A stretch of 64,000 nucleotides of DNA from an uncultured Actinomycetota bacterium (GTDB lineage: Bacteria; Actinomycetota; UBA4738; HRBIN12): the NCBI GenBank assembly GCA_963733635.1, contig CAVTEH010000008.1:65746-129745 (forward strand). The letters run 5' to 3'. A program made the position numbers and the translations under genes. Positions within the stretch are counted from its first letter, which is position 1. Every line of letters starts with the position of its first letter. Shown here one piece after another: positions 1-8,858 of the stretch. The notes under the pieces are model-generated. The model saw only the letters and a list, made by a program, of their open reading frames with translations, ran no database searches and was not told the origin of the DNA.

Positions 1-657
1 GTTTCCTCCGGGAACAAGGGGATCGACAGCTTCTGGAACGTCAGGGCGTTGATGTTGGACTCCAGGGAATCTCGCTCGGCCGAGAGGCGCTGGTACTGCT
101 CGGATTCCCGGCTCCAGGCCCTCGAGCCGAACCTCGAGGTCGGCCCGTTGTCCCTCGAGCTCGTCGATCTGGTCCTCGATCTGCGCACGCCGATCGTCCA
201 GCACCTGTTGCGCCCGACCCTGCTTGAAGTCGAGGTAGGCCTCGGCGAAGGCGTTCGCGCCCAGCGCTGCTCCTCGTGGTCCTGCCGCGTCGAACGAGAT
301 GTCGAGGACCAGGGTTTCCGGGGTCGTTTCGACCGATACCCTCTTCAGCAGCGTCGGAAGCGGGGTGTCGAGCTGGAGATCGGCGGCGGCGGCTTGGGCG
401 ACGTCGGCCGAGGTCACCACGCGGGCCTCGGTCTCCAGGCTCACGAGCTGGTCGGGTCGCAAGGACGAGCTCGCCGGAGGCTGCAGCAGGATCTCGGTCA
501 CGCCGGTGTACACAGGGTCGGCGGTGAACGAGTAGAGCAGGGCGAGGCCTGTGCACGCAACGGTGAAGAACAGGATCGTCCATCGCCGGCGAGCAAGGAC
601 GCCGAGGTATTCCCTCAGGTCAACGGAATCATCGGTCTGGGTGCTCGATGCCACCAT
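1..657 (-). CDS. Wzz/PCP-like polysaccharide chain-length determinant (5' part; gene runs off the window start)
   Basis: This minus-strand frame is absent from the ORF track because it stays open to the window edge. ATG at 657 gives MVASSTQTDDSVDLREYLGVLARRRWTILFFTVACTGLALLYSF, an N-terminal TM helix typical of Wzz, then coiled-coil-like QVLDDRRAQIEDQIDELEGQRADLE. The frame seems to slip near 105-112, and ESEQYQRLSAERDSLESNINAL continues in another frame. The listed ORF 41..583(-) is an Arg/Pro-rich wrong frame. Confidence 0.6.
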   Translation of the reverse strand, partial: MVASSTQTDDSVDLREYLGVLARRRWTILFFTVACTGLALLYSFTADPVYTGVTEILLQPPASSSLRPDQLVSLETEARVVTSADVAQAAAADLQLDTPLPTLLKRVSVETTPETLVLDISFDAAGPRGAALGANAFAEAYLDFKQGRAQQVLDDRRAQIEDQIDELEGQRADLEVRLEGLEPGIRAVPAPLGRARFPGVQHQRPDVPEAVDPLVPGGN

Positions 658-964
658 GCGCCGCTCCTGGATCATGCTGGACCGCGGAACGCCGGCTGGC
701 TCGCGGGTTCGTTTGCTGGGTTCGATGGTTGCGAGTGTACGTGGCCCGTCGCGCCAGCCTCAATCACCCATCGTGCCGTTCTTGTGGGGAAAGTCCTACG
801 CCATGCGCTCAGTACGGCGTCCGGGTGCGCAGGCTCAGCCGCATGGGTCGTAGATCCTTCGTTCGTTCCGGAGCCCCAACGTGGACGCTAGACTCCCTCA
901 GGTGCATCCCCCCACGACGTCCCCCGAGGAGCCGACCCATGCCCATGCTGTCTCCCTCGAAGGA

Positions 965-1917
965 GTGAGGCCGGGCCTCGAGAGTCGGGTGCTGTACATC
1001 GGCGGCTGCCAGCGGAGCGGCAGCACCATGCTGGAACGATTCGTCGGACAGGTGCCCGGATTCGTGTCCGTCGGCGAGGTGGTCCACCTGTGGACGCGCG
1101 GCCTCCAACGCGACGAGTCGTGCGGTTGCGGGCTGCCGTTCCGCGCGTGTCCGTTCTGGACGGAGGTGGGCCGACGAGCCTTCGGGGGATGGGATCGGAT
1201 CGATCCCCAGGCGATCATCGATCTGCAACATCGGGTCGACCGGACGCGATACATCCCGTTCATGGTGGCGCCGGCGGTCTTCCCTGGCTACCGTCGCTCA
1301 CTCCAGGCGTACCGAACGGTCCTGGCCACGCTGTACGCGGCGATCGCGGAGGTCGGCGGCGGCATCGTGATCGATTCGTCCAAGCACGCGTCCACCGCCT
1401 TCCTCATCCGGGGCATGTCCACGATCACGTTGGAGATCGTGCATCTCGTTCGTGACAGTCGTGGCGTCGCATACTCGTTGATGAAGAAGGTTCGCAGCCG
1501 GAAGGCAGTGGGAACGAGTCCTACATGCATCGAGCAGGTCCGGTTCGTTCCGGCGTGGAATGGGTGGCGTTCAACGCCCTGTTCCGTGCCGTGCGCGGTG
1601 AGCGAGCTCCCGTGCGCCGTATCCGATACGAGGACCTCGCGGCAGATCCCTCCAGCGTCATCGAACAGGTCGTCGCAGATGTTCGTCGCGACGGGGAAGA
1701 CGGCTCCGCCGGATCGGGATTCCTGCGAGGGAACGTGGCCATGCTCAACCTCGATCACACCGTCGCGGGGAATCCCTTGAGGTTCGCGCACGGAAGCTTC
1801 ACGATCCGCCAGGACGATGACTGGCGACGCTCGCTTCCGTCCTGGGCTCGCCGCGTCACGACGGCGTTGACATGGCCGCTGCTCGTCGCCTACGGCTACC
1901 CGCTGTCACCCCGATGA
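965..1917 (+). CDS. Sulfotransferase family protein (paralog of 7898..8821); one frame break as assembled
   Basis: ORF 881..1780 contains VLYIGGCQRSGSTML, CGCGLPFRACPFW and VHLVRDSRGVAYS. The C-terminal third continues in the frame of ORF 1525..1917 (RIRYEDLAADP, HTVAGNPLRF), colinear with the intact paralog. The frame switch is near 1505-1525. The start is uncertain (GTG 881, 965 or 989). Confidence 0.7.
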
Positions 1918-2852
1918 TCGCTCGAGACCCGGAGATGCCGACTGATCCGATCGACGTGTCGGTCGTCGTGCCCACGAGACAGCGTCCCGAGCTGCTCGCC
2001 CGTGCCCTTCGCTCGATCCTGGAGCAGCGGTTCGACGGACAGATCGAGGTCATCGTGGTGTTCGACCAGGACGAGCCGGTCGAGCCCGAGGTTGCGATCG
2101 GCGAGGGCCGAAGGCTGAGGCTGCTGCGGAACGAGCGCCAACCCGGCCTGGCGGGCGCTCGGAACACGGGCATCCTCGCGGCGCGTGGCTCGTACGTGGC
2201 TCACTGCGACGACGATGACGAATGGCTTCCGGACAAGCTGTCCCGACAACGACTGGCGATCGAGGACGCACAGGGAGATGTGGTCGTCACCGGTACGACG
2301 ATCGTCTATGAAGACCACACCATCGATCGGATCCCACGGTCGACGTCGGTCGGGCTCCACGAGCTCGCTGCGGTCTCGCATGCAGGAGACCACCCCTCCT
2401 CGATCATGGTGCGCCGCGAGGCCCTGCTGGATGAGATCGGACTGGTGGACGAGGACATCCCTTGGAGCTATGGCGAGGACTATGAGTGGCTCCTGCGGGC
2501 CGCCCGGCTCCGTCCTCTCGTCGTGCTGCCCGATCCGCTGGTGCGTGCCCACTGGCACCGATCGTCCTTCTTCGCGCAGCGGTGGCGCGCCATCGTGGAA
2601 GGCAGTGAGTACCTCCTCGCCCGGTACCCGGAGTTCCGTGAGGAGCGCAAGGGGTTCGCCTGGTTGCAGAGTCGGATGGCATTCGCGTATGCGGCGATGG
2701 GTGAAGGCTCGAGAGCTCGCGCCCTCGCGGGCCGCACCCTCCGGCTCGATCCGATCCAACCCCGTGCGTACCTGGCGATCTTGGTCAGCACGGGGCTGAT
2801 CTCAGCGGATGCACTCATGCGGCTTGCTCACCGAGCGGGCAGGGGCATCTGA
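1914..2852 (+). CDS. Family 2 glycosyltransferase
   Basis: The product has VSVVVPTRQRPELLARALRSILEQ, GLAGARNTGILAARGSYVAHCDDDDEW (a DxD-type motif) and a GT-A fold signature. ATG 1914 overlaps the upstream stop (ATGA), which suggests translational coupling. Confidence 0.85.
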   Translation: MIARDPEMPTDPIDVSVVVPTRQRPELLARALRSILEQRFDGQIEVIVVFDQDEPVEPEVAIGEGRRLRLLRNERQPGLAGARNTGILAARGSYVAHCDDDDEWLPDKLSRQRLAIEDAQGDVVVTGTTIVYEDHTIDRIPRSTSVGLHELAAVSHAGDHPSSIMVRREALLDEIGLVDEDIPWSYGEDYEWLLRAARLRPLVVLPDPLVRAHWHRSSFFAQRWRAIVEGSEYLLARYPEFREERKGFAWLQSRMAFAYAAMGEGSRARALAGRTLRLDPIQPRAYLAILVSTGLISADALMRLAHRAGRGI

Positions 2853-4177
2853 TGAGCGTGACGACCGGTCAGATCCAGCGCGGCGGGCTCAGACTCAGGC
2901 CGGGGTGGCCCATCTCGGCGTTGTTCCTGGGTTTCCCGCTGTGGTGGTTCTTGGGGCTGGGTGGATTCATCTGGCCCATCGCGGCCGTGTTCATGCTGGC
3001 GTCGCTGGTGCGGCGTCGCACGATCAAGGCGCCCCGGGGATTCTCGATCTGGGCAGCGTTCCTCTTGTGGATGGTGTTCACGGGGATCCAGGTCGACAGC
3101 CTGGGTCGCGCGGTTGGATTCGCATACCGAGCGACCATCTACCTGTCCGCCACCGTCGCGTTGCTCTATGTGTACAACGCTTCGCGCGAGAACCTGCCCA
3201 TGGAACGTGTGGTGGCCGTGCTCTCGATCTTCTGGTCGTACATCGTGATCGGTGGCTATCTGGGCCTGCTCTTGCCCGACGTGCAGTTCACCAGCTTCAT
3301 GGAAACGATCATGCCCGGTTTCCTGATCGAGAACGACTTCGTGCGCGAGCTGGTGCATCCGGGCTTCGCGCAGGTGATGCATATCCTCGGCTACGACACG
3401 CCTCGACCATCGGCTCCGTTCGTCTACACGAACGATTGGGGAGCGAACTTCGCGGTGTTGGTTCCCATCGTCTTCGTCGCCCTGGGCAGCTCGGTCAGCC
3501 CGAGGCTCAAGACGTGGTTGGTCGTCGTCGGTGTGGCTTCGATCGTCCCCATGATCATGTCGCTCAATCGCGGCCTTTGGCTGAGCCTGACGCTGGGCAT
3601 GCTGTACGCGGCGGTCCGCTTGTTCCTGCGAGGCCGCGAGAAGCCGTTGCTGGGGATCATGGCCACGATCGTGGTCGTTGCTGTGGTGCTGCTGTTGAGC
3701 CCGCTGCGAGGACTCATCGACGACCGGCTGGCGACTCCTCATAGCAACGACCGGCGGCTTTCCCTGTACGAGGAGGCGCTCGAAGGTGCGGTCGGATCGC
3801 CGGTGTTCGGCTACGGCGCCCCCCGGCCTTCGGCCTGGAACCCCGACGCGCCGTCGGTGGGAACCCAAGGAACGGTATGGCTCGTACTGTTCTCACACGG
3901 CATCCCCGGGGTCCTGCTCTACGTGGGGTGGTTCGGAGCCTGTTTCTGGAGGCTGAGGCGAGATGGCTCGGCGTTGGGCTTCTGGGTCCATGTGATGTTG
4001 TTGATCCTCGCCGTCCAATGGCCGGTTTACGGCATGCTTCCTGCCCAGATCCACATCGTGATGCTGGCGATCGGGATCGCGATGCGCGAACGCAACGCGA
4101 AGGCGGGTCCGGTTTCCGAGAGCGGCCTCGGTGGAGGTTCGGCCTGGCCAGCTGCTCCGGGTCCGGTGCATGTATGA
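2852..4177 (+). CDS. O-antigen ligase/polymerase (Wzy-like) family membrane protein
   Basis: 441 aa and highly hydrophobic, with about 10 or more TM segments. It has the Wzy_C-like motif SLNRGLWLSLTLGML. The start overlaps the GT2 stop (TGATGA). Confidence 0.75.
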   Translation: MSVTTGQIQRGGLRLRPGWPISALFLGFPLWWFLGLGGFIWPIAAVFMLASLVRRRTIKAPRGFSIWAAFLLWMVFTGIQVDSLGRAVGFAYRATIYLSATVALLYVYNASRENLPMERVVAVLSIFWSYIVIGGYLGLLLPDVQFTSFMETIMPGFLIENDFVRELVHPGFAQVMHILGYDTPRPSAPFVYTNDWGANFAVLVPIVFVALGSSVSPRLKTWLVVVGVASIVPMIMSLNRGLWLSLTLGMLYAAVRLFLRGREKPLLGIMATIVVVAVVLLLSPLRGLIDDRLATPHSNDRRLSLYEEALEGAVGSPVFGYGAPRPSAWNPDAPSVGTQGTVWLVLFSHGIPGVLLYVGWFGACFWRLRRDGSALGFWVHVMLLILAVQWPVYGMLPAQIHIVMLAIGIAMRERNAKAGPVSESGLGGGSAWPAAPGPVHV

Positions 4178-5403
4178 CGTCGGGCCTGGACGACCCTGCT
4201 CAGGTGCTGGACCCTCCCGCATGGCTCGGGGAAGTGCTGGGCTGGCGTCTCACGTCGGCCACTGACCGAGCCGCGAACCGAGGCCAGGATGTTCGTCCGT
4301 ATTGGGCATTGCCGTCCGGTCACGAGCCTCGCCTGCTCGTCCCGAGAGGATGGTCCGGGCGAGGCACCCTGAACAGCTTCAACGACTCGATGTCGCAACC
4401 CTCGAGGATGAAGAAGGCCGCGTTCGGCCTGTTCCTCGGGCTCGGGACGCCGTGGGCGCCGGGAGCCGACCGGATCGCGGCCGTGACGGGCGACGGAGAC
4501 GCTCGCGATGGCGGCGACGGGTCACTGATCGGACACCTGCAGACCGTCGTCGGTGGTCAGATCCACGTCGGAGCGACATGTGGCCACGACCTCAGGCCGA
4601 ATCGCAAACCCGTGCTCCAGGTCGTCGATGGTCATGGACGGATCGTGGCCTTCGCCAAGATCGGTTGGAACGAGCACACCAAAGGCCTGGTCGATCGTGA
4701 GGCCGCCGCCCTGGCGCATCTGCACGGGCAGCGGCGGACGTTCAGCACCCCGGAGCTGATGCACTTCGGGGAGTGGAACGACCGGACCGTCCTGGTCGTG
4801 TCCCCAGGCCCACGCTCGCTGTTCCGCCGGGGCCGTCGCAACGCGCTGCCCTCCGTGGAGATGGAGCTCGACGTCGCCCGAACCAGCGCCATCTCCACGC
4901 TTGAGCTGGGTTCCAGTCCCTATCTGGCGAAGCTCCGCGCCAAGATCCAGCCACCGGGGATCTCGTCGGTCATCGCCGAGAGGCTGGGATCGATCTTCCA
5001 TCGTCTCGTGACCCGACACGGTGCATCGACCGTCTCGTTCGGCGCGTGGCACGGCGATTGGGCACCGTGGAACATGATCCGCGGGAACGATGGACTCTTC
5101 GTGATGGATTGGGAGCGGTACGAACAAGGAGTGCCGATCGGCTTCGACCACCTTCACGTGCGGTTCCAGCTCGCCCACCAGGTTGCTCGCCGGCCTCTCG
5201 GCATCGCCGCGGGCCAAGCGCTCGCTTCACTCCGCGACGCGGCTCCCCGATCCGGGATCGATGAAGGCACCGCAGAGGCGGTGCTGACCTGCTACCTGAT
5301 GGAGCGGGTCGTTCGGATCGAGGACGGCGCTGCCGCGGGCATGCCGACCCGCGATTCGTTGGCGCGGGCGATCCTCGATCACCTGGATGCGCCGCACCGA
5401 TGA
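4174..5403 (+). CDS. Phosphotransferase (APH/choline-kinase-like) family protein
   Basis: The kinase-like C-lobe has FGAWHGDWAPWNM and LFVMDWERY (a Brenner-type HxDxxxxN motif and a DxE/D metal motif). ATG 4174 overlaps the Wzy stop (ATGA). The track ORF 3877..5403 has a spurious 5' extension. Confidence 0.65.
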   Translation: MTSGLDDPAQVLDPPAWLGEVLGWRLTSATDRAANRGQDVRPYWALPSGHEPRLLVPRGWSGRGTLNSFNDSMSQPSRMKKAAFGLFLGLGTPWAPGADRIAAVTGDGDARDGGDGSLIGHLQTVVGGQIHVGATCGHDLRPNRKPVLQVVDGHGRIVAFAKIGWNEHTKGLVDREAAALAHLHGQRRTFSTPELMHFGEWNDRTVLVVSPGPRSLFRRGRRNALPSVEMELDVARTSAISTLELGSSPYLAKLRAKIQPPGISSVIAERLGSIFHRLVTRHGASTVSFGAWHGDWAPWNMIRGNDGLFVMDWERYEQGVPIGFDHLHVRFQLAHQVARRPLGIAAGQALASLRDAAPRSGIDEGTAEAVLTCYLMERVVRIEDGAAAGMPTRDSLARAILDHLDAPHR

Positions 5404-6286
5404 GCCCGAGCTCTCCCGGGTGATGGCCCGCGAGGCGGCGAAGAAAGCGTCGCGATTGGTGACGGCGCCCACCGCAGGCCTTCGTCCGCTGCCGGACTTC
5501 CTGATCATCGGGGCGCAACGATGCGGGACCACCTCGCTCTACCGCTACCTGTGCTCGCATCCCGAGGTCGCTCCGGTCGTCTTGAACGTCTTGAACAAGG
5601 GCATCCACTACTTCGACACGAACTACGCGAAGGGCGAACGCTGGTATCGCTCGCATTTCCCATCGACGCCATACCGCGCCATGATGCGCCGGCGAGGCGA
5701 TGCGCCGCTGATCATCACCGGCGAAGCGAGCCCGTACTACATCTTCCATCCACAGGCAGCGGAACGGATCAGCCTGTGCGTGCCGGACGCTCGATTCGTC
5801 TTGCTCCTTCGCGATCCCGTCGCCCGGGCGTACTCGCACTATCAGCACGAGGTGGCTCGGGGATTCGAATCGATGACCTTCGAGGACGCGCTCAGGAGTG
5901 AAGAGGAACGGCTCGCCGGCGAAGTCGAGAAGATGCGTGCTGATATCGGCTACGTGAGCTTCGAGCACCAGCACCATACCTATCTGGCTCGGGGTATGTA
6001 TCTCGAGCAGATCCGTCGGTGGAACTCGTTCCTTTCCGGTGACCAGCTGCTCGTCATCGACAGCGCCGACTTCTTCGATGATCCCGACGGAACGTACGGA
6101 AGGGTCCTGTCGTTCCTCGGCCTCTCGGGTCGATCATTACCGCGGTATCGGAAGCTGAACGCGCACGACTACCGCGATATGTCCGATCAAGCTCGCAACT
6201 TCCTGCACGAGCGGTTGGACGCACCCAGCTCAGCGCTGCAGGACTACCTCGGCCGCCAGCTCCGATGGGAAGGCCTGGATCGGTGA
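5387..6286 (+). CDS. Sulfotransferase domain protein (Sulfotransfer_1-like, PAPS-dependent type)
   Basis: It has the 5'-PSB motif PDFLIIGAQRCGTTSL and the 3'-PB motif LLLRDPVARAYSHY. An alternative start is at 5420/5423. Confidence 0.85.
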   Translation: MRRTDEPELSRVMAREAAKKASRLVTAPTAGLRPLPDFLIIGAQRCGTTSLYRYLCSHPEVAPVVLNVLNKGIHYFDTNYAKGERWYRSHFPSTPYRAMMRRRGDAPLIITGEASPYYIFHPQAAERISLCVPDARFVLLLRDPVARAYSHYQHEVARGFESMTFEDALRSEEERLAGEVEKMRADIGYVSFEHQHHTYLARGMYLEQIRRWNSFLSGDQLLVIDSADFFDDPDGTYGRVLSFLGLSGRSLPRYRKLNAHDYRDMSDQARNFLHERLDAPSSALQDYLGRQLRWEGLDR

Positions 6287-7905
6287 GACCTCCGCGCTCC
6301 GGAGGCGTTGAGCTGGGTCACGAACTCGCGGATCCTCCCCACGGATCGGGAACCACCGGCGCCGACCTCCCACGCATCGCGCGAGGCGGCGTCCTCAATC
6401 TGGTCGGGGCCGTCAGCAACTCGCTGCTGGGCTTCGTGCTCATCCTCATCGTGACGCGCGGGGTCGGCGTGGAAGGGTCCGGCATCTTCTTCGAATCGAT
6501 CGCCCTGCTGAGCTTGCTGAGCAGCATCGCTGAGTGGGGCGTCGAGACGGGCTTGGTGAGATGGGTCCCACACTTGCGCGTGCTCGGCCGCAAGGAGGAC
6601 GTTCGTTCTGCGCTGCGCGCGGGCTTCGTCCCGGTCGCAGTCGCGGGGCTGCTCATGGGGATCGTCATGTTCGCGTTCGCCAAACCCCTGGGGGACCTCC
6701 TGACGAACGGCGCTCATGGCGCCGAGCTCGAGCCGGTCGTCCGGGTATTGGCCCCGTTCCTGCCGCTTCAGGCCGTGTTCACCGTTGCGCTGGCGGCCAC
6801 CAGAGGGTTCGGCACGATGAAGCCCACCGTGCTGATCGACAAGATGGGACGCCCGAGCGCGCAGGTGCTCCTCGCGCTCGTCGTCGTGATCCTCGGGTTG
6901 TCCTCGGTGGCCCTGGCCATCGCCTGGGCTGTGCCGGTCGCGCTCGGTCTCGCCGTGGCGCTGGCCTGGACCAACTCGTTGCTCCACGCGTGGGAGGCCA
7001 CACCGGCGGTGGCGGATTCCTCGGGCCGACGCACGACCTTCATCGAGTTCTGGCGTTTCACCATCCCGCGGGGGCTCGCGGGGGTGTTCGCGGTGACCAT
7101 CCTGTGGCTCGACACGCTCCTGCTGGGGGCGCTCAGGTCGACCGAAGAGGCGGGCATCTATGCGGCGGCATCACGCTATCTAGTGGTCGGCCAGTTCGTC
7201 GGCCTCGCCATCATCCAGGTCGTGGGTCCCAAGCTGAGTGAGTTGCTGACCGGGAAGGACAAGGCCGGCGCGTCAGAGGTCTACCGATCGAGCACCGCGT
7301 GGCTGATGCTGGCGGCGTGGCCGATCTATCTCTCGATGGTGATCATGGCGCCGGCATTGCTGTCCCTTTTCGGTGAGCCCTACATGCAGGCGAGTACCGC
7401 GGTCGTGATCTTGGGAGCCTCGATGCTGGTGGCAACCGCCATCGGACCGATCGACATGGTGTTGCTCATGGCGGGCAAGAGCAGCTGGAACCTGATCAAC
7501 ACCGTGGTGGCCGTGGTCGTGAACGTGAGCTTGAACCTGCTCCTCATCCCACGCCTCGGCATCACGGGTGCGGCGATCGCCTGGTCCGCGAGCATCCTCG
7601 TGAACAATCTCCTGCCGTTGCTTCAGGTCTGGCTGAGCCTGCGGATCCACCCGTTCGGACGAGGGTGGCTGGTGGCGTCCTCGATCGCCGTCGCATCGGT
7701 CGGCACGTCGGAGGTCTTGGGAAGGCTCATCGCCGGGCCGAGCCTCCTGACGCTCGTCCTGTCGGGCTCGATCGGGATGCTGATCCTGGGAGCCCTGGCC
7801 TGGCAGTTCCGAGACCAGCTCCATCTGGACGCCTTCCGAGAAGCGTTCCGCAGGCGCGTTGCCGGGCCTGCCCATCCCACCACGTCTGAGGGGACGCATG
7901 CCTGA
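6283..7905 (+). CDS. Polysaccharide flippase (Wzx/MOP superfamily)
   Basis: About 540 aa with roughly 12-14 TM segments. The N-terminus VLNLVGAVSNSLLGFVLILIVTRGVGVEGSGIFF is typical of polysaccharide biosynthesis/export (PST) proteins. GTG 6283 overlaps the upstream stop (GTGA). The track start of 6265 is also possible. Confidence 0.8.
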   Translation: MRPPRSGGVELGHELADPPHGSGTTGADLPRIARGGVLNLVGAVSNSLLGFVLILIVTRGVGVEGSGIFFESIALLSLLSSIAEWGVETGLVRWVPHLRVLGRKEDVRSALRAGFVPVAVAGLLMGIVMFAFAKPLGDLLTNGAHGAELEPVVRVLAPFLPLQAVFTVALAATRGFGTMKPTVLIDKMGRPSAQVLLALVVVILGLSSVALAIAWAVPVALGLAVALAWTNSLLHAWEATPAVADSSGRRTTFIEFWRFTIPRGLAGVFAVTILWLDTLLLGALRSTEEAGIYAAASRYLVVGQFVGLAIIQVVGPKLSELLTGKDKAGASEVYRSSTAWLMLAAWPIYLSMVIMAPALLSLFGEPYMQASTAVVILGASMLVATAIGPIDMVLLMAGKSSWNLINTVVAVVVNVSLNLLLIPRLGITGAAIAWSASILVNNLLPLLQVWLSLRIHPFGRGWLVASSIAVASVGTSEVLGRLIAGPSLLTLVLSGSIGMLILGALAWQFRDQLHLDAFREAFRRRVAGPAHPTTSEGTHA

Positions 7906-8821
7906 CCCGGCGGTGCTGTTCATCGGAGGATTGGGCCGGAGCGGAAGCACGATCCTGGATCTCATGCTCGGACAGGTCCCTGGGTTCGTGGCGGTCGGGG
8001 AGCTGGCCTACCTGTGGAGGCGATCGGACAAGGATCTGTGCGGATGCGGCCGACCGTTCGACGGATGTCCGTTCTGGACGGAGGTCGGCACCACGGCGTT
8101 CGGAGGTTGGTCAGCAGTGAACCGATCACGCATCGCCGGCATCCGTGCCCGAGTGGAGCGGAACCGCCGGATCCCCGGCATGCTCCGCGACGAGAGGGAC
8201 GCTTCCCCCGAGCGCAGGGAGCTGGACGACACGCTCCGGCGGCTCCATCGGGCCATCGCCCAGGTGAGCGGAGCGCGAGTGGTGATCGACTCGACGAAGG
8301 ATCCTGCCAGCGCGTTCCACCTTCGATCGATGGGTGGCGTGGATCTGCGAGTGGTGCACCTCGTTCGCGATGCGCGTGGGGTGGCCTACTCGTGGACCAA
8401 GCACAAGGAACGTCCGGGCATCGCCGGAGGCGCCGTCATGGACCGGTATCCGCCCTGGCGGATCGCGGGACGGTGGCTGTCGTACAACGGTGCCTTCCAC
8501 GTGCTGGCACGCCGGGGCGTGCCCACGTTGCGGCTGCGCTACGAAGATCTCGTCGCGGATCCGGCATCGTGGCTCGCCCGACTGGCCGCGTTCGGCTCAG
8601 GAGGCGTGTCCCCGGCCCCGGCGACCTTCCCGTTCCTCCGGGACCACTCCGTCTCGCTCGTGGAGGAGCACACGATCGCTGGCAACCCGATGCGTTTCGA
8701 GCGCGGAGCGGTCGAGCTTCACCGCGACGACGCATGGAGGACGGGCCTTCCTGACTCCGCGCGAAGGCTCGTGACGCTCATCGACGCGCCGCTCCTTCGC
8801 CGGTACGGCTACCTCGAGTGA
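7898..8821 (+). CDS. Sulfotransferase family protein (intact paralog of 965..1917)
   Basis: MPDPAVLFIGGLGRSGSTILD, CGCGRPFDGCPFW, VHLVRDARGVAYS, HTIAGNPMRF. ATG 7898 follows GAGGGGA and sits just before the flippase stop at 7903-7905. Confidence 0.8.
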   Translation: MPDPAVLFIGGLGRSGSTILDLMLGQVPGFVAVGELAYLWRRSDKDLCGCGRPFDGCPFWTEVGTTAFGGWSAVNRSRIAGIRARVERNRRIPGMLRDERDASPERRELDDTLRRLHRAIAQVSGARVVIDSTKDPASAFHLRSMGGVDLRVVHLVRDARGVAYSWTKHKERPGIAGGAVMDRYPPWRIAGRWLSYNGAFHVLARRGVPTLRLRYEDLVADPASWLARLAAFGSGGVSPAPATFPFLRDHSVSLVEEHTIAGNPMRFERGAVELHRDDAWRTGLPDSARRLVTLIDAPLLRRYGYLE

Positions 8822-8858
8822 GGCCCCCTGAACGTCGCGGTCACTGCCGATCGTTCCA

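Noticed and set aside
41-583. The 180-aa minus-strand ORF and the 280-aa plus-strand ORF (49..891) at the window start.
   Set aside because: Both are alternative frames of the Wzz-like gene. The frame with the TM helix and coiled-coil sequence is the one open to the window edge, which the track does not list.
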